From positions 35,933 through 99,932 of IMG/VR virus record IMGVR_UViG_3300005529_000002: a stretch of 64,000 bases of DNA, one strand, 5' to 3'. The DNA is from a virus. Under the pieces are notes generated by a model, which was not told where the DNA came from, made no database searches, and saw nothing but the letters and a program-made list of their open reading frames with translations. A program made the translations under genes and the position numbers. The stretch's first letter is position 1; each line of letters starts with the position of its first letter. This document shows positions 1 to 8,620 of the stretch, piece by piece.

Positions 1-112
1 GCGCCCCGGTGGATGACAGGGAACCGCCCGGTACCGGATCGGAGTGGTAGACGTCCTCCGGCATGCCGTCGTAGACCCCGGCCTCAGTGACCGTCGCGGT
101 GGCGGTGGTCAC
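1..112 (-). CDS. RecE/exonuclease VIII-like PD-(D/E)XK nuclease, N-terminal fragment running off the window
   Basis: GTGA overlap with the upstream stop; translates MTTATATVTEAGVYDGMPEDVYHSDPVPGGSLSSTGA, typical actinophage RecE-like N-terminus (YHxDP..SLSSTGA). Confidence 0.7.
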   Translation of the reverse strand, partial: MTTATATVTEAGVYDGMPEDVYHSDPVPGGSLSSTGA

Positions 113-1107
113 TGCGTACCGCCTTCCAGGCCGCGCACGAACTCCGCGGCCTCCTCGCCGCATTCGGCCAGTACCGTCCCGATCAGCCGCCCGGCCTCAC
201 CCGCTGCGCGCTCTGCTGCCAGCGCCTCCGCATCCCGGTGCGGGTGCTCGCATCCGGAGGCAAGCTCAGGGAAGGCCCTCTCGGGGGCGGTCAGCCCGTT
301 CACCAGCCGGCCGTAGAGCCCCAGTGCCTCCTCCAGTTCGAGCGCGCCCGCCTGGACTGCGGGGCTTTCAGACACGGAGAGAGCGCGGCTCCATATCCCC
401 CAGCAGTGCATGAGGACCGCGGTGTGCTCATCCGCCGGCGCGGCGGGCGCTGCCGCCGTGAACACCTGAGGCTCAGGTGCCGGCTGGCCGTGCAGCAGGG
501 CGTCCCTGGCCTCTGTCGCGGCCTCGATCAGGTCATCGAGCCATTCAGTGCTCATCACGTCGGCGACGAACCAGTCGCCATCCGCCTCGGCACCGAGACG
601 CAGCCCGGCCGCGGGGCATCCGCCGGCCCGCGTGATCCCCGCGAACGACGGCCGGCCGTGCAGCGCCTCGTGCCGGTAGAACAGGCTGGTCGCTCCCTCG
701 ACTGCGCGCAGGAACGCGCTCGGCTCGCTGCCCGGCTGCCCGTCCGGCGGACCGCTGTCCTGCGGCTCCTCGCTGATCACGGCGAACAGCTCGGTCTCCG
801 GCTGGTCCGCCGGCTCGGGCCTTCCCTCGGGGATGGGCCGGATGTTCCTGATGCCGTCGCGGACCCGCTCCAGCAGGTCCGCCGTGTCCCCGCCGGAGGT
901 GTCCGGCAGTCCTGCTTGCGATGCCCCGGTGAATGCAAGGACCGGCGCCGGCTGCGCCTGCTCGCCGGGGCTGGCCGGGACCTCGCCGAAGGCCGGGCAG
1001 GCATCCGGCGTGACCGGTGCCTGAGGGCGGCGGCGGGGGAGCCGCAGCCGGCGCCTCGGCTTCGGCTCAGGCAGGAGGGCGTGCCTGCCCGCTGTCGCGG
1101 CGCTCAT
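109..1107 (-). CDS. Hypothetical phage early protein
   Basis: ATGA overlap with the upstream gene; part of a coupled leftward operon. Confidence 0.7.
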   Translation of the reverse strand: MSAATAGRHALLPEPKPRRRLRLPRRRPQAPVTPDACPAFGEVPASPGEQAQPAPVLAFTGASQAGLPDTSGGDTADLLERVRDGIRNIRPIPEGRPEPADQPETELFAVISEEPQDSGPPDGQPGSEPSAFLRAVEGATSLFYRHEALHGRPSFAGITRAGGCPAAGLRLGAEADGDWFVADVMSTEWLDDLIEAATEARDALLHGQPAPEPQVFTAAAPAAPADEHTAVLMHCWGIWSRALSVSESPAVQAGALELEEALGLYGRLVNGLTAPERAFPELASGCEHPHRDAEALAAERAAGEAGRLIGTVLAECGEEAAEFVRGLEGGTQ

Positions 1108-1631
1108 GCGGCCACGTCCGTACCGGCCGGAGCCGTGACCGGCTCGCACACCCACTCGATGATCTCCACCGGCTTGACGACCTTGCGCGTCACGGCAGGG
1201 GTGACGATCTCCTCGACCTCGCGGTCCTCGGTGCCGGCCACGACCCGCTTGCAGACCGCGTCACGGTGGGCGCTCAGCTTGACGTGCCAGCCTTCCCACG
1301 TCCCGGTCATCTCGAAGTAGGCATCTCCCTCGCGCTCCCAGGTCCGCTTGTCCCACTTGCAGCGGCGGAACGCCCGGATGGCCGCGGCGATCCCGGCGCG
1401 CTCGTCCGTCTCGCCGAAGAAGTAGATGCCGACGCTGCGGTCGCGGACGTGCGGCATCGGGATGTCCGGGTGCCCCGCGACGAAGGCGAACAGGTCCGCG
1501 ACATCGGCGGCGTACTGCTCGCGGGCAGCCCGGCGCGGGTCCGGCGGGGAGACTCTCCTCGCCGCGTCCTCTTCGAGCGCCAGCGCGTGCGCGATGTCTC
1601 TCTCGGCTGGCGTGATTGCTGTGCGGTCCAC
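1104..1631 (-). CDS. Hypothetical phage protein
   Basis: GAGGGAAAGGGA RBS before GTG; C-terminus VCKRVVAGTE..VEIIEWVCEP typical of actinophage small proteins. Confidence 0.75.
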   Translation of the reverse strand: MDRTAITPAERDIAHALALEEDAARRVSPPDPRRAAREQYAADVADLFAFVAGHPDIPMPHVRDRSVGIYFFGETDERAGIAAAIRAFRRCKWDKRTWEREGDAYFEMTGTWEGWHVKLSAHRDAVCKRVVAGTEDREVEEIVTPAVTRKVVKPVEIIEWVCEPVTAPAGTDVAA

Positions 1632-1720
1632 TGCGTATCCCTTTCCCTCGGTTACGATTGGCGGGTGGCGTATCCCGCCCGCCCCGCCCCGGCGATCTGA
1701 CCCGCCGGGGCGAATCCTTC

Positions 1721-1957
1721 TCAGGCGGCTTTCCGCCGCCCCTGCCCGCGTGCCTGCTCGATCCGCTGCTGGATCTCCTCCACGCTGAGCGGGTGACCGG
1801 GGTAGCACGCCCGTTCCGCTGCTGCCCTGGTGCCGTGGACGGAGGCGTACTCGTGCAGGTCATCCCACGCGGCCCGGTACGCCGCGCCTGCTGCTTTCAC
1901 TGCCAGGTCGTAACGGTCCCGGGCAGCGGGAGGGAGAGTGCCGCGGAAGGCGGTCAT
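1721..1957 (-). CDS. Hypothetical protein
   Basis: ATGA-coupled, 78 aa. Confidence 0.65.
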   Translation of the reverse strand: MTAFRGTLPPAARDRYDLAVKAAGAAYRAAWDDLHEYASVHGTRAAAERACYPGHPLSVEEIQQRIEQARGQGRRKAA

Positions 1958-2595
1958 GCGGCACCGTCCAGGGCGGCCTGCGCTTCTTCCCACGTCTTGC
2001 TCAGGTCGCCGTGCACGGCGGCGATGAGGCTGTCGAGGTAGGCGGCGCGCTCCCGGTCCTTGCGCGCGTACCGCTCAGTAAGCTCCGCCATCTCGTGGGC
2101 GTACTTCATCAGCTCGCCGAGAGTGGATAGCTCGGTGAACTTGTCATCGGGGAAGAAATCGAAGAGGGTGAGCTGCTCGCTGCCGCTCCCGTTTGCGTGG
2201 CGGGTAAACTCGCGCGCCGCGTCCCTGGCTCGCTCGCCGCTGTCACGCGGGTCGAACGGCAGCGTGTCCGGGGGCGCCTCGACGGGCGGGAAACCGGCGC
2301 GGGCAAGTGCGTCCCAGTTGGCGAAATCCGTGAGCGCCTCACGGATTTGGGCTTCGCTCGGATAGGTCCGGGCGGCGCGCAGGCGACGCTGGATCTCCTG
2401 TTCGGTGAGCTTGTATCCGCCCGCCGCAGCCCGCCCGATCAGCTCTGCTAGTACGCCGTGCTTGAGGTTGCCGGCAGGAGTCGTCTTGGCGGGGTCGGTG
2501 AGAAGATCGCGGCCGAACGCCCACCGTTCCAGGACGCCACCGGTGTCGCTAGCGGCGATGTTCTTCTCGCGCCGCAGGAGGCGGGCGTACCTCAT
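1954..2595 (-). CDS. Hypothetical protein, possible DUF1016-N-like DNA-binding domain
   Basis: ATGA-coupled to the Cro-like gene; W.FG..L ... GYKLTEQEIQRRLRAARTYP ... NW pattern. Confidence 0.6.
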   Translation of the reverse strand: MRYARLLRREKNIAASDTGGVLERWAFGRDLLTDPAKTTPAGNLKHGVLAELIGRAAAGGYKLTEQEIQRRLRAARTYPSEAQIREALTDFANWDALARAGFPPVEAPPDTLPFDPRDSGERARDAAREFTRHANGSGSEQLTLFDFFPDDKFTELSTLGELMKYAHEMAELTERYARKDRERAAYLDSLIAAVHGDLSKTWEEAQAALDGAA

Positions 2596-3044
2596 GCCGC
2601 CACGCTTTCCTTGGCGAGGCGGATGAGGGCGTCGGCGACAGTCTGCCCTTCGGTCATCAGAGGGCGCACCGCCCGGTAGAGGTCCATGAAGGTGCTGCGC
2701 TCCCGCTCGGCCGCCGCCCGCGCCGCCTCGATGTCGCTCTGGGTCCTGGCGAACAGCGTGACCTTCGCGCAATCCAGTTCCACGCCGTCCATCAGCGCGA
2801 CCTCGGACGTGCGCCAGCGGCCGCGCTCGAGCATCGCGGCCGGGCAGGCGAGGGCGGTGGCCATTTTCCCGAGCAACTCAGGACTGGCGTTTCGGGTGCC
2901 GCGTTCGATCTCGCTGATCAGGCTGACGGTCACGCCGACCCGCGCGGCCAGTTCCGTCTTCGTCAGTCCCGCCGTCTCGCGCGCCCGCGTGACCGCCTCA
3001 GGCTCGTGATCGAGGGGGAATTTTGCTTTAGATCGCTGGGCCAT
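2592..3044 (-). CDS. Cro-like XRE helix-turn-helix regulator
   Basis: RARETAGLTKTELAARVGVTVSLISEIERGTRN; divergent from the CI-like gene; leaderless promoter. Confidence 0.9.
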   Translation of the reverse strand: MAQRSKAKFPLDHEPEAVTRARETAGLTKTELAARVGVTVSLISEIERGTRNASPELLGKMATALACPAAMLERGRWRTSEVALMDGVELDCAKVTLFARTQSDIEAARAAAERERSTFMDLYRAVRPLMTEGQTVADALIRLAKESVAA

Positions 3045-3050
3045 GAGGCG

Positions 3051-3079
3051 AACCTAGTGCGTAGTGGTGCGAAGGTCAA
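3051..3079 (-). promoter_or_regulatory. Leaderless sigma70-type promoter of the Cro-like operon
   Basis: TTGACC (3074-3079), 17-bp spacer, TAGGTT (3051-3056), 6 nt, ATG. Confidence 0.8.
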
Positions 3080-3100
3080 GCGAACTTCGCACCACTACGC
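3059..3100. promoter_or_regulatory. Operator: perfect 16-bp inverted repeat with 10-bp spacer
   Basis: GCGTAGTGGTGCGAAG-gtcaagcgaa-CTTCGCACCACTACGC; extra TGCGAAG half-sites at 3144-3150 and 3154-3160. Confidence 0.8.
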
Positions 3101-3169
3101 GGATGATGCATACTTGTGACCGGGAGTGGGTCCTAGACGCGAGTGCGAAGTTATGCGAAGGTGTGGCCC

Positions 3170-3742
3170 ATGGACGCGCGCCCGGAACCGCCGCCAGAGG
3201 GCGTGCTGATCGCCGCAGCCCTGAAAGACGCCCGGATCTCGGTACGCGAGGCAGCCCGGCGGGCAGGCATCAGCGAAGGCTGGTGGCGGCAGGTCGTCAA
3301 CGGCTACCAGAGCCTCAGCGGCGGCGCTTACGGAACCGTGCGGGCACCCGCCGAGACGCTCGCGCGCATGGCGCAGGCCGCCGGGGTGACCGCTGATGAC
3401 CTGACCGCTGCCGGGCGAGCGGACGCAGCGGCCGAGCTGGACAGGCTGGGCAGCGGCGCGTCCGCAGGGCCGCCCGCCGCGCCGCCAGCCCCCTACCTGC
3501 CGCCTCACGAGGACATGACCCGCGATGACGTGGAGTTCTACGAGGACCAGGTGCGGCGGGACCTGGTACGGCACGGCACGGACGCCCCGCCGGAGGTGAT
3601 CTTTCCCGGCAGCGAGCTGGAGCAGCGGATCTGGCGGGAACCGGGGATGCACCGGGAGACGAAGGTGCGGCTCATCGCGATCCGCCGGTTCGACCGGGCG
3701 CAGGCGGCGGCACTGGACCAGAGGGGGCGCACCGGGTCATGA
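3170..3742 (+). CDS. CI-like immunity repressor (XRE HTH)
   Basis: ISVREAARRAGISEGWWRQVVNGYQ...TLARMAQAAGVTADDL, actinophage repressor pattern. Confidence 0.85.
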   Translation: MDARPEPPPEGVLIAAALKDARISVREAARRAGISEGWWRQVVNGYQSLSGGAYGTVRAPAETLARMAQAAGVTADDLTAAGRADAAAELDRLGSGASAGPPAAPPAPYLPPHEDMTRDDVEFYEDQVRRDLVRHGTDAPPEVIFPGSELEQRIWREPGMHRETKVRLIAIRRFDRAQAAALDQRGRTGS

Positions 3743-3912
3743 CCCGTTTCCGGCTATATCGCACCTAGTTCGCATCGTAACGGTTCAGTCACGAACTGTT
3801 GGCAGTATTGCCCGGTTCCCATCATATGAGAAGAATCACAGCGTGGCTGGGGGGGAACCAGCCCGCTAGCGAGGCTGGAGGCGCGTCAGGGAACGCGCAG
3901 AGGGGACGGGCC

Positions 3913-4821
3913 ATGCAAGGCGCGGCGAAGCAGGATGAAGCAGCAGCGGGCACAGGCCGGGACCAGGGCGTCCTCGCCGAACTGGGGCGCTGCCTCCGCG
4001 ACACCAGGACAGTCCTGGCAAGGATCGGCCGCGACCCCCGCAACAGCCTCGCCATCGCCGAGCTCATCCACTTCGGCCATCGCATCGCCGACCTCGACGG
4101 GCCGCTCCGGTCCGCGCCGCACCTGATCGCCATCGGCGAGGAACGCGAGCGGGACCGGGCCGCGGCGCAGGCCCGCCAGCGTGCCCGCCACGCGGCACCC
4201 GGCAAGCGCCTGCTCCGCGCCGTCCCGGTAGCGGCAGCGGCAGGCGCGGCACTCAAGACCGCGTTCACCGCGGTCACCGCGCACCGGGCCGCTACCGCGT
4301 CGCTGGCTCTCGCCGCTTCCGTGGTGACCGCTGGGGGCCTCACCCTCGCAGTCCAGCCGTACCAGACGCAGACGGTGCCGCCGCAGCCTGCGGTCACCCA
4401 GGCCGCGGCCCTGGCCCCCGCCGCCGCGTTCCCGTCGGCTGTGCCCGCCGTGGTCACTCACAAGCGCAGGCACCGGCCGCGCCGCGCCGTGACCTCGCCG
4501 GCCCCGCAGCCCTCCACCGCGCCGCCGCCGAGTTCCCCGCCGCCGTCCCCGTCCGCCTCCCCCTCTCCCGGCGTCCTGGCTGTCTCATCCCCGGTGCTCC
4601 AGCTCGAGGGCGGCACCGGGGAGGTGGCCCTCACCGCGCAGGGGGGCCAGGTGTCGTGGGAGGCGTCCGCCCCTGGGTGGGTGTTCCTGTCGCCGGCCTC
4701 GGGATCCCTGGCGGACGGGGAGACGGTCACGGTCACGGTGACGTGCCACCGTGAGGGTCCTGGCAGCGCCGTGGTCACGTTCGCGCCGGGGGTCGCCGTG
4801 CAGGTCACGTGGGGCGGCTGA
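3913..4821 (+). CDS. Single-pass membrane protein with Pro-rich linker and C-terminal BACON-like domain
   Basis: AGAGGGGA RBS; TM SLALAASVVTAGGLTLAV; C-terminal LTAQGGQVSWEASAPGWVFLSPASGSLADGETVTVTV. Confidence 0.7.
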   Translation: MQGAAKQDEAAAGTGRDQGVLAELGRCLRDTRTVLARIGRDPRNSLAIAELIHFGHRIADLDGPLRSAPHLIAIGEERERDRAAAQARQRARHAAPGKRLLRAVPVAAAAGAALKTAFTAVTAHRAATASLALAASVVTAGGLTLAVQPYQTQTVPPQPAVTQAAALAPAAAFPSAVPAVVTHKRRHRPRRAVTSPAPQPSTAPPPSSPPPSPSASPSPGVLAVSSPVLQLEGGTGEVALTAQGGQVSWEASAPGWVFLSPASGSLADGETVTVTVTCHREGPGSAVVTFAPGVAVQVTWGG

Positions 4822-4836
4822 CGGAAGGCGAGGCGT

Positions 4837-5685
4837 TCAGTAAGGCTTGACCGCGACCCCGCATAGCGCGTAGCTCGGCGCGTCAGACGGCGCGGACTCT
4901 CTCCACCCGGGCCGCCATCCCCGCGCGGGCACCACGCCCGGCTTGAGCACGTCCAGGCCGGAGAACCACGTCTCCACCTCGCCGGCACTGTGGTTCCACA
5001 CGCTCCCGGCTGTGTAGACGCCCTGGATCGCCTCCCACAGCTCCGGGTCATCGCACCGGGCGACGGAGACGACCAGGACGCTGCCGGGCGCGAGCCGGGC
5101 CGTGATATCCCCGGTGATCCGCCGCGCCTCGGAAGCGCCGCAGAAGTGGAGCACCATGCCCAGCACCACGCAGCACGGCTCCTCGAGGCCGATGACGGCG
5201 CCTACGGCCGGGTCCGCGAGGATCGCGCCGGGATCGCGGATGTCGCCGGGTACCGCCGTCACCCCGGTGCCGGACAGCAGCGCCTGGGCGTGGGAGACCG
5301 CGACCCGGTCGATGTCGGCATAGACGACGCGGGCATCCCCGATGACGGCCCGTGCCGCCGTGTGCGTGTCGGTGACCTGAGTGACCGTCCCGTCCGGCAT
5401 GGGGACGGCGCCGCCTGCGGGGAGGCCGGAGCCGAGGTCGAGGTACTGGGCGATGCCCCGCTGGCGTGCGCACCAGGTGACGGCCCGTTCCAGGAACTGG
5501 CGGTTCCGCACGGCCATCTCGCGGGGCACCGGGAGATGGCCCGGCTGCGGCGGGCCGAACAGGGCTTCGACCTGCTGCGCCATTTCCCGGTCGGCGGCGA
5601 AGTTGTCTTTCCCGCCGAGCCAGTAGTCCCAGACCCTGGCGATGTTCGGCTTGCTGGTGTCGATGCCGGGTTCATGGGCGGGCAT
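4837..5685 (-). CDS. Actinobacterial SAM-dependent methyltransferase (Methyltransf_19-type)
   Basis: IDTSKPNIARVWDYWLGGKDNFAADR, QYLDLGSGLP, RVVYADID, GDIRDP, VLHF motifs; GAGAGGAG RBS. Confidence 0.93.
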   Translation of the reverse strand: MPAHEPGIDTSKPNIARVWDYWLGGKDNFAADREMAQQVEALFGPPQPGHLPVPREMAVRNRQFLERAVTWCARQRGIAQYLDLGSGLPAGGAVPMPDGTVTQVTDTHTAARAVIGDARVVYADIDRVAVSHAQALLSGTGVTAVPGDIRDPGAILADPAVGAVIGLEEPCCVVLGMVLHFCGASEARRITGDITARLAPGSVLVVSVARCDDPELWEAIQGVYTAGSVWNHSAGEVETWFSGLDVLKPGVVPARGWRPGWRESAPSDAPSYALCGVAVKPY

Positions 5686-5997
5686 GATGCTCCTCTCGCT
5701 GGTGCCTGCGGCCCGTGCCGGGCGGAGGCTGGACCCGTGGCGGCCGGGGGGCATGCCGCCGTGTCCTTGCCGTCTCGCCCGGCACGGGGGGTCCCGCGCC
5801 GGGAGCGCTCCGGGACTAACGGCATCCCTCATGCAGCGCCCGGCGCGGGCTCAGCGCCGGCGCGGAACCAGGTGCGGCAGGAGCGGCCGAGCCACCACCG
5901 CACCAGTCGCGTGCCGCCGGCGCCGTCCGGTTCGTGCCGCGTTCGCTCCGGCGCGGGCCGGGTCAGCCCGCGCCGCGCTGCACGCCCCCGGACGTCT

Positions 5998-6135
5998 TCA
6001 CTTGTAGCCGGTCCCTCCGCAGTCCGGGCACGGGAGTGACACCGGCTCATCAGGCCTCTTCGACGACCAGTCCGGGTTCGCGATGATCCCGCCGCCGTGG
6101 CAGCGGGTGCAGTCGGGCTCACCGACCTTCGCCAT
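5998..6135 (-). CDS. Small DnaJ-type zinc-finger protein (45 aa)
   Basis: CTRCHGGG...CPDCGGTG; CAGGAG RBS. Confidence 0.7.
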   Translation of the reverse strand: MAKVGEPDCTRCHGGGIIANPDWSSKRPDEPVSLPCPDCGGTGYK

Positions 6136-6463
6136 GCTCCTGGTCCCTTCTTCTCGCTGCGGTCCTCTTGCGGCCGTGCCGGGCGGCCGGAGCCGCGCAC
6201 CCCGTCCAGGCGCCCGTCCTTCCCTCCGGTACCCGGCACGGCCTGAGGCGGTACCGCAGGGGGCCCCGCAAAACAGGCCCGGTACCGCCTTTCTCACCTC
6301 CCGAATGAGCGACGGGAGGAAGTTTTGATGTGGCCGCGCTGGCGGCTGGGGACCGGGCTGGGAGCTGGAGCGTCTCGCTCCCGCCCGGAACCGCCAGCGC
6401 GGCGGCACGGCAGCGGCCCGGCACGCCCGCCAGGACATCGGGCCAGCCGCCGTGGTCCTCCCG

Positions 6464-6781
6464 CTACCGGTACGGCGGGGCCGTGTACCTCCGGTCAGCC
6501 GCGATCCTCGTGGCGCACGGGTCCTGCCGGCACGCTGCGCCGAGCCGCCCGCACCCGGAGCATCCGGCGGTTACCCCGACGTAATGGTCGAGGAGCACGC
6601 CGTCAGCCCCGCCTGCGCACGTCATCACGGGCGGCGGGTCATCCATCCCGCACCCCAGGCACCTCGGCGCGCCGCTGACCGTCACGGCGCGGATATCGAG
6701 CCTGCCGGCCGTGATCCGGGCACCGCCGAGCCGCCACGTGCGCCGCCACGCCCTGACGGCGACCAGGACCCCGCCACTCAC
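6464..6781 (-). CDS. Hypothetical Cys-rich protein
   Basis: GTGA-coupled; two CxxC motifs. Confidence 0.55.
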   Translation of the reverse strand: MSGGVLVAVRAWRRTWRLGGARITAGRLDIRAVTVSGAPRCLGCGMDDPPPVMTCAGGADGVLLDHYVGVTAGCSGCGRLGAACRQDPCATRIAADRRYTAPPYR

Positions 6782-7017
6782 TGCCCCGCCTCCGCTGCCT
6801 CGTACCCGGCCGTGACGCTCGTGGCGTACGCCTGCACTTCAGAGCGCAGGTAGCGGCGCTGGCCGCCCGGTGTGCGGTGCACGGTCAGGGGCAGGCCGCC
6901 GCGGAGCACACGGTGACCCAGCGTGTCCGTCTTGATGCCGAGCAGCCCTCCCGCATAGGCGGCGCATATCGCCGGCTCGACGGCGGCAATCTGGCTGCTG
7001 GTCATGCGGGGGCTCAC
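6778..7017 (-). CDS. BldC-like / MerR-type winged HTH protein
   Basis: HRTPGGQRRYLRSEV matches the BldC wing motif RTxGGHRRY..EV; GTGA-coupled. Confidence 0.7.
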   Translation of the reverse strand: MSPRMTSSQIAAVEPAICAAYAGGLLGIKTDTLGHRVLRGGLPLTVHRTPGGQRRYLRSEVQAYATSVTAGYEAAEAGQ

Positions 7018-7286
7018 GCGGGCACCGCCACCGGGCCAGGCACAGCCGCGTCCCGCAGCCGCCGGGCAAGCGCCTCGATCGCGGCCCGCGACTTCGCGCC
7101 GAGCGGACGGCATGCGCGCTTCTTCCGCCGCCGCATGAGAAGCCACAGCACGATGCAGATCACGGCGGCAGCCCCGTTCGGGACGCCTGCCACGCCCCAG
7201 GTGCGCACGCTGACTGCCGCCAGCAGCGCCGACACGACCGCGTTCGCCACCGCGACCAGCAGCAGGCCGGCTTCGCCGCCTCTCAC
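7014..7286 (-). CDS. Small two-TM membrane protein
   Basis: Two hydrophobic segments followed by RRRKKR; GTGA-coupled. Confidence 0.7.
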   Translation of the reverse strand: MRGGEAGLLLVAVANAVVSALLAAVSVRTWGVAGVPNGAAAVICIVLWLLMRRRKKRACRPLGAKSRAAIEALARRLRDAAVPGPVAVPA

Positions 7287-7498
7287 TGCGCAGCCTCCCC
7301 CGGGTACCGGGCGTCCAGCTCGCCGCGCAGCTCGTGCAGGTCCCTGGCCCGGACCGGTCTCCCGCCGCTCAGCGGGTAGGCGACCGGGCACTGGGCTTTG
7401 GCCAGCACCACGACATCATCGTGGGTCTCGCGGAACCTGGCCAGCCATTCCAGGTCGTCCGCCGCGGCCTCGCCGCGGCTCACGGCGCGCGCGGTCAC
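7283..7498 (-). CDS. Hypothetical protein
   Basis: GTGA-coupled at both ends. Confidence 0.65.
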   Translation of the reverse strand: MTARAVSRGEAAADDLEWLARFRETHDDVVVLAKAQCPVAYPLSGGRPVRARDLHELRGELDARYPGEAAQ

Positions 7499-7890
7499 AG
7501 CCGCTCCCGGCGGTCGAGAGCTTCGCGGAACAGCGCGTTGAGGCCGTCCGCCGACCAGGCCGTGAACTCGCACCCGTCGCCGCCGCGTTCCCGGCCTTTC
7601 CACAGCACGCCGTCCGGGGACATCTCGGTGCGGATGTCCTCGAACCAGTCGCCCCACGCCAGCCTCAGCGCGGCCAGCGCGTCCAGGTCCGCCTCGCGGC
7701 GGGCCTCCTCGGCTTCGAGGACGCGGAGCTGGCGGCCGATCAGGTCCCGCTGCCCCTCCGGTGCCTCCGCCATCTCCCGCAGGACCATGACGCGCTCATC
7801 CGCGAGCTGGCCGGCGGTCATCGTCTTGTAGTCGGCCGCGAGGCCCGACAGGGCCTCTGCGACGCTGTGCAGCCGGGCCGGGGGCGTCAT
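7495..7890 (-). CDS. Hypothetical protein
   Basis: ATGA-coupled; LAALRLAWGDW...W..R...FTAWSADGL motif seen in small actinomycete proteins. Confidence 0.65.
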   Translation of the reverse strand: MTPPARLHSVAEALSGLAADYKTMTAGQLADERVMVLREMAEAPEGQRDLIGRQLRVLEAEEARREADLDALAALRLAWGDWFEDIRTEMSPDGVLWKGRERGGDGCEFTAWSADGLNALFREALDRRERL

Positions 7891-8090
7891 GATGCATCCC
7901 GCGGCGGCAGCCAGTCCAGCATCGCGTGCCTGCGTTCCGGCAGGCGCCCGCCGGGCCGGCCGACAGGTTCGCGGAGCGGCCCCGGCGGACTCTCTCCCAG
8001 CGCCTCCCGGACCCGGCGCAGAACCGCCAGGCCAGTTTCCCATCTGACTGCCTGCCCCCCGGCAGCATCTCCCCAGGCTGCCCCTGCCAT
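7887..8090 (-). CDS. Hypothetical protein, first gene of the GntR-divergent operon
   Basis: AAGGGAG RBS; overlaps the next start. Confidence 0.6.
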   Translation of the reverse strand: MAGAAWGDAAGGQAVRWETGLAVLRRVREALGESPPGPLREPVGRPGGRLPERRHAMLDWLPPRDAS

Positions 8091-8126
8091 CTGCGTCTCC
8101 CTTCTCAGCCAGCCGTGCCGGCGTGC

Positions 8127-8168
8127 TGTAGCCGTCTATAGCCTGCCCTGGCGATATGTAGCCTGCCC
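8127..8168. promoter_or_regulatory. Direct repeats T(G/A)TAGCC(TGCCC), candidate GntR operator
   Basis: Copies at 8127, 8137 and 8157 (10/20-bp phasing) in the divergent intergenic region. Confidence 0.55.
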
Positions 8169-8209
8169 CGGGCGTCTGTGCTGGTCAGCGGCTCTCTATC
8201 GTCTAGGGC

Positions 8210-8455
8210 ATGACTGAGCGTGACGGCCCTCGCTACGATCCGCACGGCGCGCGGCTGGTCTATGCCCAGATCGCGGACGACATCGCGGGCAAGATCGCCC
8301 GCGGCGTCTACACCGAGCGGATCCCCTCCCTCGACGGCATCGTCCAGGAATACGGATGCGCCAGGATGACCGCCCGCCGCGCGGTGCGCGAGCTGCGGGA
8401 CCGGGGCCTGGTCGAGACCGTCCAGGGGAAAGGCTCGTTCGTCATCAGCCGTTAA
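8210..8455 (+). CDS. GntR-family wHTH-only regulator (KorSA-like)
   Basis: YAQIADDIAGKIARG..RIPS...EYGCARMTARRAVRELRDRGLVETVQGKGSFV; leaderless, TATCGT-7 nt-ATG. Confidence 0.93.
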   Translation: MTERDGPRYDPHGARLVYAQIADDIAGKIARGVYTERIPSLDGIVQEYGCARMTARRAVRELRDRGLVETVQGKGSFVISR

Positions 8456-8620
8456 CACGATTCCCTCCCGCATCTGCTCGTGGTGATCCCGTCACGGAGA
8501 CAGTTCACATCATGAGATTCGCATGCGATAGTGATCGGCATGGAGTAGACGGGAGCACATCGGAGCACGGAATGCTCCGCCCCCTCTTGTGCTGCCGCTG
8601 GGACGCGAATGGTGTGCGCG

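Noticed and set aside
8452-8560. Short minus-strand Cys-containing peptide in a lower-GC gap
   Set aside because: No RBS or promoter support; more likely the regulatory region of the 8621 gene
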